Origin: Hormiphora californensis
Lineage: Eukaryota > Animalia > Ctenophora
Reading direction: 5' to 3'
Assembly: GCA_020137815.1 (NCBI GenBank)
Contig: CM035357.1
Span: 4,774,001-4,838,000 of the forward strand
Length of the DNA: 64,000 nucleotides
Of this stretch, positions 63,813-64,000 are shown one piece after another (position 1 is the stretch's first letter; the number at the start of each line of letters is the position of its first letter). Below the pieces are notes generated by a model. It had not been told where the DNA came from, made no database searches, and was given only the letters and a program-made list of their open reading frames with translations. Made by a program: the position numbers and the translations under genes.

Positions 63813-64000
63813 ACTTAACACGCTGGGCTATTGTCCTGCACGCCTCATGATGCCAGTTTTCTCTCCCCCTATATCTCTCTCTCTCTCTCTCCTATGATTG
63901 TGGCATGCTTGTGGGAATTAGGTAACGACCTCCCGACTTCCCATGCCGTGATAAGTACTGGTCGTGCACTGACTTACAATTACCAGTTCCTTGCTGATCA

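Overview
Repeat-rich animal genomic DNA with short GT-AG exons. It is probably a ctenophore (Pleurobrachia-like); that call rests on my recollection of its MITE families and an ectodomain module, not on a search. I read four spliced genes by hand. (1) An apparently intact, 14+ exon Mutator/MULE DDE transposase on + (~3.5-12.95 kb), with a CARF/WRKY-GCM1-like Zn finger and a SWIM finger. I found no TIRs around it, and one N-terminal exon is repeated twice in a divergent minus-strand unit to its left. (2) RSPH14/RTDR1 on + (19.3-22.6 kb), with an RFX X-box over its ATG. (3) A ~100-110 aa stand-alone protein on - (24.9-25.5 kb) resembling the Regnase-1 N-terminal UBA-like domain. (4) A complete giant adhesion GPCR on - (62.7-30.5 kb, about 70 exons): signal peptide, long Ig-like array, HRM, GAIN/GPS, 7TM and a Lys/Glu-rich tail. 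Introns and intergenic DNA hold many palindromic MITEs, Foldback-type elements with 8-9 bp TSDs, non-autonomous Helitrons, two LINE fragments, a tRNA-derived SINE and micro/minisatellites. 26.9-28.1 kb looks like an assembly artefact. Exon boundaries and sizes are manual readings, not computed gene models.
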